Positions 30,082 to 43,143 of a stretch of 64,000 nucleotides of DNA are shown in pieces. The translations under genes were made by a program, and so were the position numbers. The notes under the pieces are model-generated. The model was not told where the DNA came from and searched no databases. It saw only the letters and a list, made by a program, of their open reading frames with translations. The stretch is from the human T2T-CHM13v2.0 reference genome, Homo sapiens. How positions within the stretch are numbered: position 1 is the first letter of the stretch; the number at the start of each line of letters is the position of its first letter. Location of the stretch: the NCBI RefSeq assembly GCF_009914755.1, contig NC_060935.1; one strand, 5' to 3'.

Positions 30082-30723
30082 CTAGAACTTGGTGAACTTG
30101 AGGACTGAAAGTTTCTTGGCCTGCTTGTCTGGAAAGTGCAGTGGTTCCTTGCAGACCTTTTGTCTTCATTATTTTCCAAATGTCTTCTGGGTTGTTTTCT
30201 TTAATGGTAACTAAATAGAATAATCCTTTTGGTGAAAGGAGATCTGGAACAAGGGGGAAAAACCTGTGCATGACTTCCTGACCATTTCTGCCAGCAGCCC
30301 AAGCTGCCTCTATTCCATGACTTCCTACCTCTTCAGGTGGAGTCACTACGTAGAGGGGATTAAACACCAGAAGATCAACTTTTCCTTCAATATTGGTAGC
30401 AAACATTTGACCACATCTGTAATAACTGGTTGAATGTGGACTTTGTTACACCGTGCTGTCTTTAGGGTACAAGCTGCTGCCTCAGGGTTGATATCAGTGC
30501 ACATGTACAAAGCCTGAGGACCTATCACAGAGGCTAGGAATGCAGATACTACACCAGACCCTGCCCCTATTTCCAGGCATATTTCCACTCCCGCCAGCTC
30601 GGCAGCCGCTACCTGGAGTACGTCCAGAAGCAGAAACGTGTCCTCCACAGGCTCATACACATCACTGAACATGCCTCAGCCCACATGCCCTTGCAATGGC
30701 GTGGGGAAGCTCTGGGCTGCCAT
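30082..30723 (-). pseudogene. N6AMT1: Processed pseudogene of N6AMT1/HEMK2 methyltransferase (CDS-homologous part)
   Basis: Intronless translation MAAQSFPTPLQGHVG*GMFSDVYEPVEDTFLLLD...LEIGAGSGVVSAFLAS...KVDLLVFNPLYVVTPPEEVGSHGIEAAWA...KGLQGTTALSRQAGQET matches N6AMT1. Disablements: TGA at codon 16, 1-bp frameshift near 30383, NPPY motif changed to NPLY, frameshift near 30110. The symbol given is that of the parent gene. Confidence 0.96.
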
Positions 30724-31257
30724 CTTCCTTCACTGCCAATGCCAGGCTTTTCTTTTTGCCCAAAAGGCCTAGAGAGATGCTGGGTTTTGTGAAGATTTTC
30801 AGTATTCACTTATGCAATTTCAAGAGCCATGCTATAAAAAAGTCTCCCACCAAAAACAGAGTAGGGGAAATAGATAAAATAACTCTGACAGTGAAATTCT
30901 GTCAGATAAAAGCAAAGCTGAGATAAAGGAAAGCCAGATAAATACATCCCTCCACAGACCATTAGCATTTAGCAATTTATACACCTGCAACTCCAGATTT
31001 GAGTGAATGGACAGTCTGTAGTTTGAGGTATAACCCAAGGTTTGTGAAGTCCGCAAACTCCTACCATCAGTCTCAGGCTCACAGTCATTTTTTTTTTTAA
31101 TCCACTAAAATTTTTTTTTGTATGTTGGACCCAAACAGTCAGTCTGAGGCTCTTTTGGAGGCCAGTTCTGGACCACAGTATATTCTCTACACTTCCTAAC
31201 TTGAGGCAGGTCCTGGCATGACCGAGGATCTTCCTCTCTCCCTGCTTACAGTTCACT

Positions 31258-31733
31258 GTTTGCATAGGGTTTCCTATGGCTGCTATACCAAATTACCACA
31301 AGTTGATGGCTTAGAACAACAGAACTTCTTCTCTCACAGTTCTGGAAGCTGGAAAGAAGTTGCAGATCAAGGTGTTGGCAGGGCCAGCCTCCCTCCAGAG
31401 GCTCCAGGGGAGAACCCGTTCCTTGCCGCTTCAGCCCTGGTGGCTGCTGGCATTCCTTGACTTGCAGCTGCGTGACTCTAGTCTCTGCCTCTGTGGCCAC
31501 CTTGCCTTCTTTTTTGTCAGTGTCACATCTCCCTCTGCTTCCCTCTTAAAAGGACACTGGTGATTGCAGTTAGTGTCCACTTGGATGATCCAGGATAATC
31601 TCCCCATCTCAAGACCTGTAACTTAATTTCATCTGCAAAGTACTTTTGTGCCGTGTAAGGTACCATGCAACGGCTCCGAGCATTAGGACATGGACATCTT
31701 TGGGGAGGGGGCACATGGTTCAGCCTATCATAC
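31258..31733 (-). mobile_element. MLT1C/D-like MaLR LTR
   Basis: aaattaccacaagttgatggcttagaacaacag..ataatctccccatctcaaga..catctgcaaagt. Confidence 0.88.
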
Positions 31734-33419
31734 TGTTCCTGAATGCTAAGACATGGCCTTTCTGTCACCTTAAGGTAGAGGCTAAGAGAAGAGAGCCAAG
31801 GAGTATATCTCAGTTTGGCATCATAGGGCATCCTAGGCTCCCAGGGCCTTCCTTTATTTAAACTACCAAATATAAAACAGAATTCCAGTCAGGTTGAGAG
31901 CCTCCAGATAATCGAGTAAGTTATGGAAGGCCTTTCAAGCAACCTTAAAACTCCCTTTTGGAGGATCCACAAAAAGACCTGTGTTTGATTCAACATACCA
32001 TGTAAATTAAATACCATGTAAACCAAAGAAGTCACAGGCAGAGTCTACATGTAAAGGTGCCAGGGAAACTGCACCACATCATTTTACCACCTTTTTGGTC
32101 ACCCATTGCTATGAGCAAATAGTTAATTGTATAGGACTTCAACAACCTCTCAGTGGGCGAGAGCAGAAGTTGGTGGCATTTGAATGTTTAAATCTGGCCC
32201 ATAAGTCTTGGTGGGTTTCCAGCATGACCTTAATCTAAAATACATTCTGACCTAAATCACCTGGCTTTGCTAGCCTATGCCAACCAAATATACTGGATAA
32301 TTATGCAGTATTGGACTTTGCACTGGTTGGGCACACACCTTTTAGCTTATCTTATCAAAGACAGCAATACAGCAATGCAACTTGGAAATGTAGAAAAACC
32401 AGACCTCAGCTGCAGCGCTGGATTTAATGGGCAATGCATAAGTAATGAGAAGAGCAATACGTGAAAAATAAAAGCAAGGGACCAAGAAACCTTGCCAGTA
32501 AGCTGGTGAGACATTGAAAGCTTTCCTTATAAACCTCAAAGCCTGCTTGCTCAGCTTGTGACCTAGGCCCACCCTGAGCTGCTCAGCAGTAAAGTCTACT
32601 CTGTATTCACTCTGAACCCATTCATTTTGCAAAATGTCCAGTAATAATAATGTCCCTGAGCTGCTAATTGATTGAGAAATGCTTTAAGAGCTTTATGATG
32701 GAGGGAAGGCACAATTAATTATTATTAGACCATGCAATTTATTAACTTTAAGGGCAAACAAAACCTCAACTGCAAGTGTTTCTTCATATTTCCTGTGAGA
32801 AAATAGACTTGTCAGGCCACTGTTCTCTGCTATTAGCAACGTCATCTCCTCACCAGGAATAGAATTTGCATATAGTGTCACAATATAAAGTTTTCTTATA
32901 AATATAGTTGGGAGCACTAATTTAGGGAATGTTTCATCTAAAATATAATTTGGCCATCATGTCTAATAACTGGATTCAAATGTAAATGCTTTTTAAGTAT
33001 CTTAAATATCATAGACGTAAAAGTAGAAGTCATGAATTTGACATTGTTAGAAACCCATCAAAGGAACTCCACATCTATATAGAAAAAAAGGTTCAAAGCT
33101 ATAAGATTGCTTTAAAAAGAAATATTTAAATGGCACTTACAAAATAATCTTCCGTATATGAATTAATACTGATACTATACTGTTTTCTGGTCCTAAAATA
33201 TTTTCTAAGTGAGAAGTCTGATGTCTTTCTTTGGGAATCACCAGCCTATAGCTATACGCTAGCTACTACTCTGAAAAGCCTCTTTAAAAATGGGGAAGCC
33301 ATAGATTGAAAAGCGTCCTCAAGAAATAAACCTAGAAATCAAGTTTTGGGTCTGTGATTAGTTATCCCACTAGTCGGATAAAAATTTTACTGAAAGTGTT
33401 TTCATATATATTCCATCTG

Positions 33420-33990
33420 TTTGGAAACTATCTAGATTCTTTGCTTGCGAGTGACAGACATCCAACTCTGCCATGGTAAACTAGGTAATGTAATACATTA
33501 CCATTGTATACCATAATATATATAAAGTATACATTATGTATACTTTGTATACTTTATATACATTATCTTCCTCCCCATAACTTGTATAGCCATGGAAAGA
33601 GAAAGGAAGGAGCTGGTCTTAGGGATATGTATATCTAGGGACTCAAATGCTTTGGGGACTTTGTCCAACTTGTTTCTGGTCCTTTCTGCATTCTGGCTTC
33701 ATTCACTTTGTTACAAGTAGAATTTCTTCACATAGCAAGGTATATGGCACAGGCCACTCTGGGCTTGCAGCCTCCTAGCTTAATGATCCTAAAGGAAAGA
33801 GAACTTCTCTCTTCCAGGTGTATTTGAAAAATTCCAGGGAAGGGCTCTTGGCTTACTTGAACCACATGATTATACATAGATCAATCACTGAGGACAGAGA
33901 GATGTTATATTATCAATAATATAATATAACTGACCTAGCCTGAGTAATGTGCCTATAATGCCCCCCTGATTAGTAGGGCAAGGGCTGTTT
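33420..33990 (-). mobile_element. Old MLT1 (J/K/L-like) LTR remnant
   Basis: gattctttgcttgcgagtgacagacatccaact; ccagggaagggctcttggc..tcaatcactg. Confidence 0.65.
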
Positions 33991-34490
33991 ATTAATAAAT
34001 AAATAAATAAATTCATCTATGAATTTATTGATTAATAAATTAATGAATTTATTGATTAATAAATTAATGAATTTATTGATTAATAAATTAATGAATTTAT
34101 TGATAAATAAATTCATTAATGAGTTTATTGATTAATAAATTAATGAATTTATTGATGAATTTATTAATAAATTCATTATTTTTAATTTATTGATGAATTT
34201 ATTAATAAATTCATTATTTTTAATTTATTGATAAATTAATTTTTAAATTTATTAATAAATTCATTAATAAATCAATTAATTTTTAAATTTATTAATAACT
34301 TTATTGCTAAATTAATTAATTTTTAAATTTATTAATAAATTAATTTTTAAATTATTAATAAATTAATTTTTAAATCTATTAATAAATTAATTTTTAAATT
34401 TATTAATAAATTTATTAAGAAACTGATTTTTAAATTTATTAAGAAATTTATTAATAAATTAATTTTTAATTTATTAATAAATTTATTAAT
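33988..34490. repeat. AT-rich palindromic minisatellite, about 500 bp
   Basis: 24-mer TTTATTGATTAATAAATTAATGAA units and a recurring palindrome ATTTATTAATAAAT. Confidence 0.95.
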
Positions 34491-34515
34491 GATTGACAAA
34501 TGAATAATAAGAAGG

Positions 34516-34857
34516 TGTATTCGTTCATTTGGGCTGCTAGAACAAAATACCTTAGACCAGGTAATTTATAAACAACAGAAATGTATTGTTTACAGCTCTG
34601 GAGGCTAGGAATTCCAAGATCAAGGCACCAGCAGATTTGGTGCCTGGTGAAGGCTCATACTCTCCTTAAAAAATGGCACTTTCTCACTGTGACTGCACAT
34701 GGTGAAAGGGGCAAATGGTTCCCTCAAGCCTCTTTTATAAGAGCACTAATCTCACTCATGAGGGCAAAGCCTAAAGGCCCTACTGCTTAATGTCATCACA
34801 ATGGGGATTAGATTTCAACATGAATTTTGGAGGAACATGAACATTCAGACCATAGCA
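34516..34857 (-). mobile_element. MaLR LTR (MLT1A/MSTD-like)
   Basis: gggctgctagaacaaaatacc..ttccaagatcaaggcaccagcagattt..aacattcagaccatagca. Confidence 0.88.
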
Positions 34858-34999
34858 GAGGGACAGCACAGTTACTAAGAAAAGTGAGGGGATAGCCTCC
34901 GCCACTAAGGAAAGTGTTCTGTCACCCCCCTTCCACCCCCAGCTGGTATCTACTGCATTCTCTGTGCACACACAGAATGGCCACTTGAGGCAGACATCC

Positions 35000-35200
35000 C
35001 TAGTTAGCGGTGCAAAGTGCGTGGTCTTTGATGTCAGATAGAACAGAGTTTGAATCATGCCTCTGACCCTAACTTGTTGCATTACCTTAGGCAGATTACT
35101 AAACCATTCTAACCCTTAGTTTTCTCATATTAAAAATGGGGATTATAATACCTGATGTATAGCATGTGGTGATTAAATTAAATAAGGTAGGTAAAGGGGG
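35000..35200 (+). mobile_element. MIR
   Basis: gagtttgaatc..accttaggcagattactaaacc..taaaaatggggattataatacc. Confidence 0.8.
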
Positions 35201-35253
35201 CTATTTGTTGACTAAATGAGTGTCAGACCAGGACCAGGCACTAGGAGTTAATG

Positions 35254-35296
<43 letters not shown>

Positions 35297-35544
35297 AACA
35301 CACACCTCAAAAGACCCAGACACTATTCCTGCCCTCAAGGAACCTAATCTAAACCACTTCTGGTTTGGGACAGCAAGACCTTAGATAGCTATGGACCCTC
35401 AAAACCTTCTTGTAATTTCAAATTCCATGTGACTCGTTTGGACCTTAGCCACACCCCTGGACTGGATCCTAGCCTTGGCTGCCCAGGCTTTGGTCTAGGG
35501 TATTCTCTCTGCTCCTCTCTCCAGGTCTCTGACCTCCCACCACT

Positions 35545-35760
35545 TAGTGAACAGCTACTATGCACCAAAGGTTACTATGATAATACTTTATATACATTAT
35601 CTTCCTCCCCACAACTCTAGAAGGTTGCCCCCATTTTAGAGATGAGAAAATGGAAGCTAAGAGAAATCATGTGATTTGACCAGTTAACGTAAGCAGCAGG
35701 AAGTGGAGTCAGAGTTCAAACCCAGATCTGTCTGATTCTAGAGCCCACTCCCTCAAACAC
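35545..35760 (-). mobile_element. MIR
   Basis: ccccattttagagatgagaaaatggaagctaagaga..gagttcaaacccagatctgtctga. Confidence 0.8.
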
Positions 35761-36148
35761 TCACAGCCTAGCCTCACAGCCTCCAAACTTTCCCTATTTC
35801 AGCCTGGGGTGTCTGGCCACTCCTCTTGGCGATAGCTCACTTCCCAGGACCTGCTCTCTGCCCCCTGGGCTTACCGCTGCAGTCCTTTCTCACCTGACAC
35901 AACTCCCAGTCCTGGTCCCCACAGCACAACTCTGCTACCACCCATAATGCTGCATGAACTTAAGAAGCTGACAGTGTTTCCTGCCACCCAACATCACCTA
36001 ACAGATGAGACTGAATTTTTCCAGTCTTCAAATCAGTTTTTTTAGTATAAAGGAAACTTCTTTGGGGATAGTCACTGAATAGCTCAAGCTTCTCTCTCCA
36101 TCTGAGGAAAGCATTTTTGTTTGGACAGAAAGGAAAACAACATCTTCT

Positions 36149-37204
<1,056 letters not shown>

Positions 37205-37619
37205 TCTTCCCACAGTCACCCCCATCACCAGCAAATGAGCTTCCACAACTCTTTCCAAAGGAAGAGAAATCCATCAACAACCACTTGCTCCACAGTGACC
37301 AGTAAGGTGTCCGGCATTGTGCTTATGCACAGGAGCTACAAGGTGAGTAAGGAAGGACTGTCAGGAGCATGTGTTCCTTTTATTTTTTTTAACCTCCACA
37401 TTCATTGGCTAACATAGCCATATCCAGGAATAGCAAATTCAAGGCACATGTATGTACAAAGTTACCCGCACACTCATAACCAGGATCAAGATCCAAATCA
37501 ACCACTGAACCCTACCCACTGAGCCTGGATCACTGCCTCAGAATCCTTTCTAACACAGAGCTCTATGAATCACTACAAATAAGGCCAGATTCCCACTTGA
37601 CATGAAACGTATGTGCCCT

Positions 37620-38875
37620 ATGAGGGAGAAGCTCCTTATTGCTTTCCTAATATCTGTTTTCTTCTTCCTTACTGAGACAGCCTGTTTTTATTCAAGTAAA
37701 AGCAGCATTTCTCACCTTTTCTTTAATACTGTTCAGTGAAATACAATGGAAGATACTGACGGGAAGTCTCCTCAAAAGGACAAGTGACAATTGTATGCAA
37801 TCTTATGTTTCCTATTCATCCATTCTACTTTCTGGGATGAAACAGTGATGACTGGAACTTCAGCAGCCATTTTGGATTATGAGTCCATGATGAGGATGGA
37901 AGCTAACACTGAGGATGAAGTAAAAGAAAGGTAGAAGAAATATGCTTTCTTGATGATTGTGGAGCCTGCATACCAGCCCTAGATTGCCTACAGCCAGACC
38001 CATGTGTTTGAACTATTATTATTTGGGTTTTCTTGTTATATGCTGCCAGACCTAAAATTTATTGATACAGCACCTATGACAATTATTGCAAAATGGCTTA
38101 CTCAACACCAGTGATCAACTTCTTGCTGTATTCCTCTATTATAGAGGCTGGAAAGCTAAAAATACAAATTCCTGGTTCCCTTCCTTGCAGCTGGGGCAGC
38201 CATATGAAATGTAAGCCAGTTCTGCCATTGAATGCAAGCAGAAGTCTGCTGATGATTTCTGAAAAAGACTCTTTCATTTTCTTTCTTCTTTCCACCTGGA
38301 ATGCAGATGCATGGCTGGGTGGCTCCATGGCCACTTTCGATCATGAGGCAACAAGCATGAGGACAAAGACACCAACAAACAGCCAAGCACCAGGCTCATG
38401 CCTGTAATCCCAGAACTTTGGAGGGCCAAGGCAGGAGGATCACGTTAGCCCAGGAGTTTGAGACCGGCCTGAGCAACATACTGAGACCCCATCTCTACAA
38501 AAAGTTTAAAAATTAGCTGTGTATGGTGGTGCATGCCTGTAGTGCCAACTACTTGGGAGGCTAAGGCAGGAAGATTGCTTGAGCCCAGAAGTTCAGGGCT
38601 GCAGTGAGCCATGATCTTACCACTGTGCTCTAGCCTGGGCAACAGTGAGACCCTGTCTCAAAGAAGAAGAAGAAAAAAAAGACACCAACAACCTAGAGAT
38701 AGTAACGTGGAAATACAGGAAGGACCCGGTCCTCCATGGCATTAAGCAAGGGTCCTGCACTGCTTATCTCTGGACTTCTTGTTATGGGAAAGAAACAAAC
38801 CCTATTTGTCTAAGCTACTTTGGATGGGTTTTCCATATTTTGTGGCTGAACACATTCCCCAAACCATCCCTATAC
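37620..38875 (+). mobile_element. Two adjacent LTR33-like remnants; the second is interrupted by an AluJ-like element (38381-38678)
   Basis: cagcagccattttggattatgag..; tttgggttttcttgttatatgc; Alu TSD AAAGACACCAACAA. Confidence 0.65.
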
Positions 38876-38936
38876 TAGCCCTTCAGTTCTCAGCTGAGGC
38901 ATTACCTTGTCTGAGATCACCCCAAGCCTGGGTGAC

Positions 38937-39197
38937 TGTATTAGCTTCCTAAAGCTACCGTAACAAATTGCCACAAATTCAGTGCCTTAAAACAACGTAA
39001 ATTTATTACCTCATAGTCCAAGAGGCCAGAAGTCCTAAATCAAGGTGGCCATAGGGTTAGTTCCTTCTGGAGGCTCTGAAAGAGAAATCATCTCCCAGCT
39101 GCTCTCCTGGCTTCTAGCAGATCCCAGCAATTCTTGGTGTTCCTTGGCTATAGCTACATTACTCCAATCTGCGTCAGTCTTCATATGCCCTTCTTCC

Positions 39198-39243
<46 letters not shown>

Positions 39244-39420
39244 TTGTGTGTTTCCCTTAAAAGGACACCAGTCATTTGATTTAGGGCCCTCCCTAACCCA
39301 GTATGACCTCATCTTAACTTGATTACATCTGCAAAGACCCTATTTCCAAATAAGGTCACATTCACGGTACTGGGGTTAGGACTTAAACATGTCATTTGTA
39401 GGGACACAATTCAACCCAAC
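38937..39420 (-). mobile_element. MLT1C-like LTR containing (TG)n
   Basis: tgtattagcttcct..gtaacaaattgccacaaa..attacatctgcaaagaccctatttccaaataaggtcacattc. Confidence 0.88.
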
Positions 39421-40079
39421 GCCCCCTTGGAGACCTGTACTTACCATGTTAGTCACACACCACACTCAATTCATTACACTATGAAGAGCCTATATAATGG
39501 GACTTCAGACTGGCTTCTTGTTTCAGCCATCTCACTAATTATTTTAATGATTTTTAGCTCTGCAATAACTCAGTTTCTTCATCAGTTATATGGAAATAAA
39601 AATACTTGCTTTGTCTACAAGGTTAACATGCAATGCCACTGAAATAATGTAGATGACACAGCCTTGAAAAACATAAAGCTTTTTTAAGAAGTGAGACCTT
39701 TTGGAATTCCTCTCCTTCTTCAACAGCATCCTCATTATTCACCTCGGATTTTTGAATTTTTAACCATGAAAAGGAAAATAGGAATGAGCTTGGGTAGCTG
39801 GGAACAGTAAGTAGAGACAAGTGAGCATTCAACCTATTTTCTGCTTGCAGAGGGTACCCCAAAGACAGGTCAGGGGGAAGCAGGAGAGGGGCTGGAGCAT
39901 TATCAATTGGACCAGGGCTGGGCTCAAAGGAAATGGTCCTGAGATGGCAGGCTGATGGGCCACCAGGCAAGCCACCAGGCACTTCACAAGCTGCAACTTC
40001 AAATACAATCTACGTTCTCCAAATTTTATCTTTCGTATTTACCTGGACCTCACAGCCTTGCTATCATTCTTTAGGGGTT

Positions 40080-41000
40080 CTAAAAACACAAACTGTTTAA
40101 AACGTAAGAAAAATACAGTAAGCAATGTAATAAAAGCACTTGTTATTCCTACTCAGATTTAACATAGGATAATATTTTGCCACATTGAACCCAAATCCTT
40201 TTTAAGAAACAAAGCATAAAATACAATGAAGTCTTCGCTTTGTGATGCCAGTTCCCTCCCCCATTCCCATTGTTTTGAAGTTGGTGTGTATCCTCCTGTG
40301 GTTTTGATACGTTTCTGCATATGCAGGTAGCCATATTAAAAATATTTAATGTCATTCCCTGCATTTTAAAATTTTCATAAAAGCATCATTCTGTATATAC
40401 ACTGCACTTGCTTTTTTTACTCAGCATGACTTTGAGATTTATCCCTGTTGCTACATATAAATCTAGTTTATTCATTTTAACTACTAAATGTTATTACATT
40501 ATATGAATAAACCACAGTTCATTTTTCTATTCCCCTACTGTGGAACAATTAGACTGTTTCTAATTTCTTTAATATTATAACCAATGCTTCAGTGAACAAA
40601 CTTTTGCATTCCTCTTCATGCCTGTGTATGAGAGTTTCTCTAGATCTATCCATAACCAATAACCATACAAGTACTGGGCTGTAGGGTATTCACATCTTCA
40701 ACTTCACATAAGTTTTAAGCTTTAATATAATTGGAGTTAATCAGTTTATTCAATATGTTTTGAGCTTTGGTGTCTAATTTAGGAAATACTCGTCTCCACT
40801 TAAGGTCCTAGAAATAATATCATATCCTCTTCACTTGTTTACATTTAAGCCTTTAATTCACCTGAAATTAATTTTTGTGTATGGTATGAAGTAGGAATCT
40901 AATTTTGTGCTTTTTCATATGTATGGCTGGTTGTCCAGAACCATTCTTCAAAGGGTCCATTCCTTCTGCATTTATTCATAACCCATCCTGCTGGTATAGC
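40080..41000 (-). mobile_element. Old L1M (L1ME-like) fragments
   Basis: ttgagatttatccctgttgct..tagtttattcatttt; aattaatttttgtgtatggtatgaagtagg. Confidence 0.7.
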
Positions 41001-41683
41001 CATTCCTCCAAATGGTGGAGGCTAATCGTCAGCTCTTTGTACTTTCTAAATTCTTCAAAATTCTCTCCTGCCTGTTCTTGGCTAAGTACTTTCTTAAGGA
41101 AAAATTTTAACTGGGTGAGTCAAAGCTGTCAACTTAAAGGAGCAACATATTTGATGGAAGAAGTTTAACTAAAAACCTGTTAGTACCTTTTGTTAGTGAG
41201 CAGAAGGCAGGCTTAGAAAGAGTCTGAACATAAGAGACCTTCAGATAGGGAAAGGAAGCAGTGAGTCTTGACTGGTGTGGCCCAGGTCAGGGAAGACCTG
41301 AGGTGGGACATTCTGGAGGGCTAGATACTTGAGGAAAGTGGAGGCAGGATGCCCCATTCTGCACCTTTCACGGCTTGCTGCAGGGAACCCCTGCACTACT
41401 GGGTCTCTAAGCCTCAGATTCCTAATATGTAAAATGGGTATAACAATACCATCCTTCCCATGCTGTTTTCTAGAAGATAGAAATGATGCACCTAACATCA
41501 CACCTAACACACACTAAGGGAGCACTTAATGAAGAGTAGCTATACTTGTTATCACTATCAATTATCATTGGTTTATCCAGATTCATTCAATAATACTGGC
41601 AATCCTCAATTTCCTGGAACAAACTTTTAAGCATCAGTTCAAATGCATTTTACCATTGTGTTGGATGTCTCCAAAAAGGGCTG

Positions 41684-42605
41684 TGTATTAGTCCGTTTTC
41701 ACACTGCTATAAAGAAATAACTGAGACTGGGTAATTTAGAAAGGAAAAAGGTTTAATTGATTCACAGTTCTGCATGGCTGGGGAGGCCTCAGGAAACTTA
41801 CAATCATGGCAGAAGGTGAAGGAGGCACAAGGCATGTCTTATATGGCAGCAGAAAAGAGAGGGAGAGAGTGGGGAAGTGCCACGCACTTATCAAACAACC
41901 AGATCTCACTCACTGTCACAAGAACAGCAAGGGTGATATCCACCCCCATGATCCAATCACCTCCCACCAAGTCCCTCCCTTGACACATGGGGATTACAAT
42001 TCCAGCTGAGATTTTGTCAGAGGCGTGTGAACCAGAGCAATTCCATCTTGAATAGGATGGAGGCTGAGATTTACTGGGCTGCATTCCCAGATGGTTAAGG
42101 CATTCTAAGTCACAGGATGAGACAGGAGGTTGGCACTAGATAGAGGTTGGCACAAGATACAGGTCATAAAGACCTTGCTGATAAAACAGGTTGCAGTAAA
42201 GAAGCAGGCCAAAACCCACCAAAACCAAGATGGCGACAAGAGTGACCCCTGGTCATCCTTTCTCACTGCTATCCCACCAGCACCACAACAGTTTACAGAT
42301 GCCATGGCAAAGTCAGGAAATTATCCTATATGGTCTAAAAGGGGGAGGCATGAATAATCTATCCCTTGTTTAGCATATCATCAAGAAATAACCATAAAAA
42401 TGGGCAACCAGCAGCCCTAGAAGCTGCTCTATGGAATAGCCATAATTTTATTCCTATACTTTCCTAATAAACTTGATTTCACTTTACTGTATGGACTCAC
42501 CCTGAATCCTTTCTTGTGCAAGATCCAAGAACCCTATCTTGGGATCTGGATTGGGACCACTTTCCTGTAACAATTTGGGTGGAGACACAGAGCTAAACCA
42601 TATCA
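41684..42605 (-). mobile_element. MST/THE1-family MaLR LTR split by MER41
   Basis: tgtattagtccgttttcacactgctataaagaa..ggaaacttacaatcatggcagaagg..gagatt|tgggtggagacacagagc. Confidence 0.9.
42015..42572 (+). mobile_element. MER41A-like ERV1 solo LTR
   Basis: TGTCAGAGGCGTGTGAACCAGAGCAA start, CCTGTAACA end, 4-bp TSD ATTT. Confidence 0.9.
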
Positions 42606-43143
42606 GGCTGCCATCAATTCCTCCCCCACCTCATTGTGCATGCTGCTTCTGCCACCAAGAGGTGAAGTTGGTTCCTCTTTCCTTTGAATCTGGGCTGGAT
42701 TTGTCACTTGCATTGGCCAACAAAATATGGACAAAGTGACCCTATGCTAGTCCTGGACCACCCCTTAAGAGTTTAAGAAGCCTGGCATTTATTTTTCCTC
42801 TTAGAGCCCAGCAACCACACTGTAAGGAAGTGCAGGCTATCCTCTGGAGATGAGAGGACCTGGAGGATGAGACCTATGTGGAGAGGCAGATACATGGAGG
42901 AAAACAGAGGTGCCCAGTGGACAGTCAGCACCAGGTCCCAGATATGTGAGAGAGACCTTCAGGGACCCTCTAGCCCAGTCCATCTGCCAGCTGAATGAAG
43001 CTGTAAGAGAGCCCAAACAGCACCACATCTGGCTGAAGAACTGCCTGGCCAACCCACAAAATTTAGGAAGATAATGAATTGCTGTTGTTTCAAGACACTA
43101 AATTTTGGGGTGCTTTGTTACCCAAAAGTAGATAACAGAAATA
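42606..43143 (+). mobile_element. MLT1G/H-like LTR
   Basis: ccctttgaatctgggctgg-like start; ctaaattttggggtgctttgttac..tagataacagaaata end. Confidence 0.78.

Larger units (their letters stand above)
26483..30738 (-). pseudogene. Full extent of the N6AMT1 retrocopy including long repeat-derived 3'UTR
   Basis: ATGCCAGGCTTTTCTTTT at 26465-26482 and 30739-30756 (18/18, TSD-like); minus-strand AATAAA at 26516-26521 about 28 nt before a short A-rich tail; only about 15 nt of 5'UTR between the ATG and the TSD. Confidence 0.85.

Noticed and set aside
33988-34490. CRISPR-like or prokaryotic repeat array
   Set aside because: No unique spacers, primate context, low-complexity AT minisatellite.
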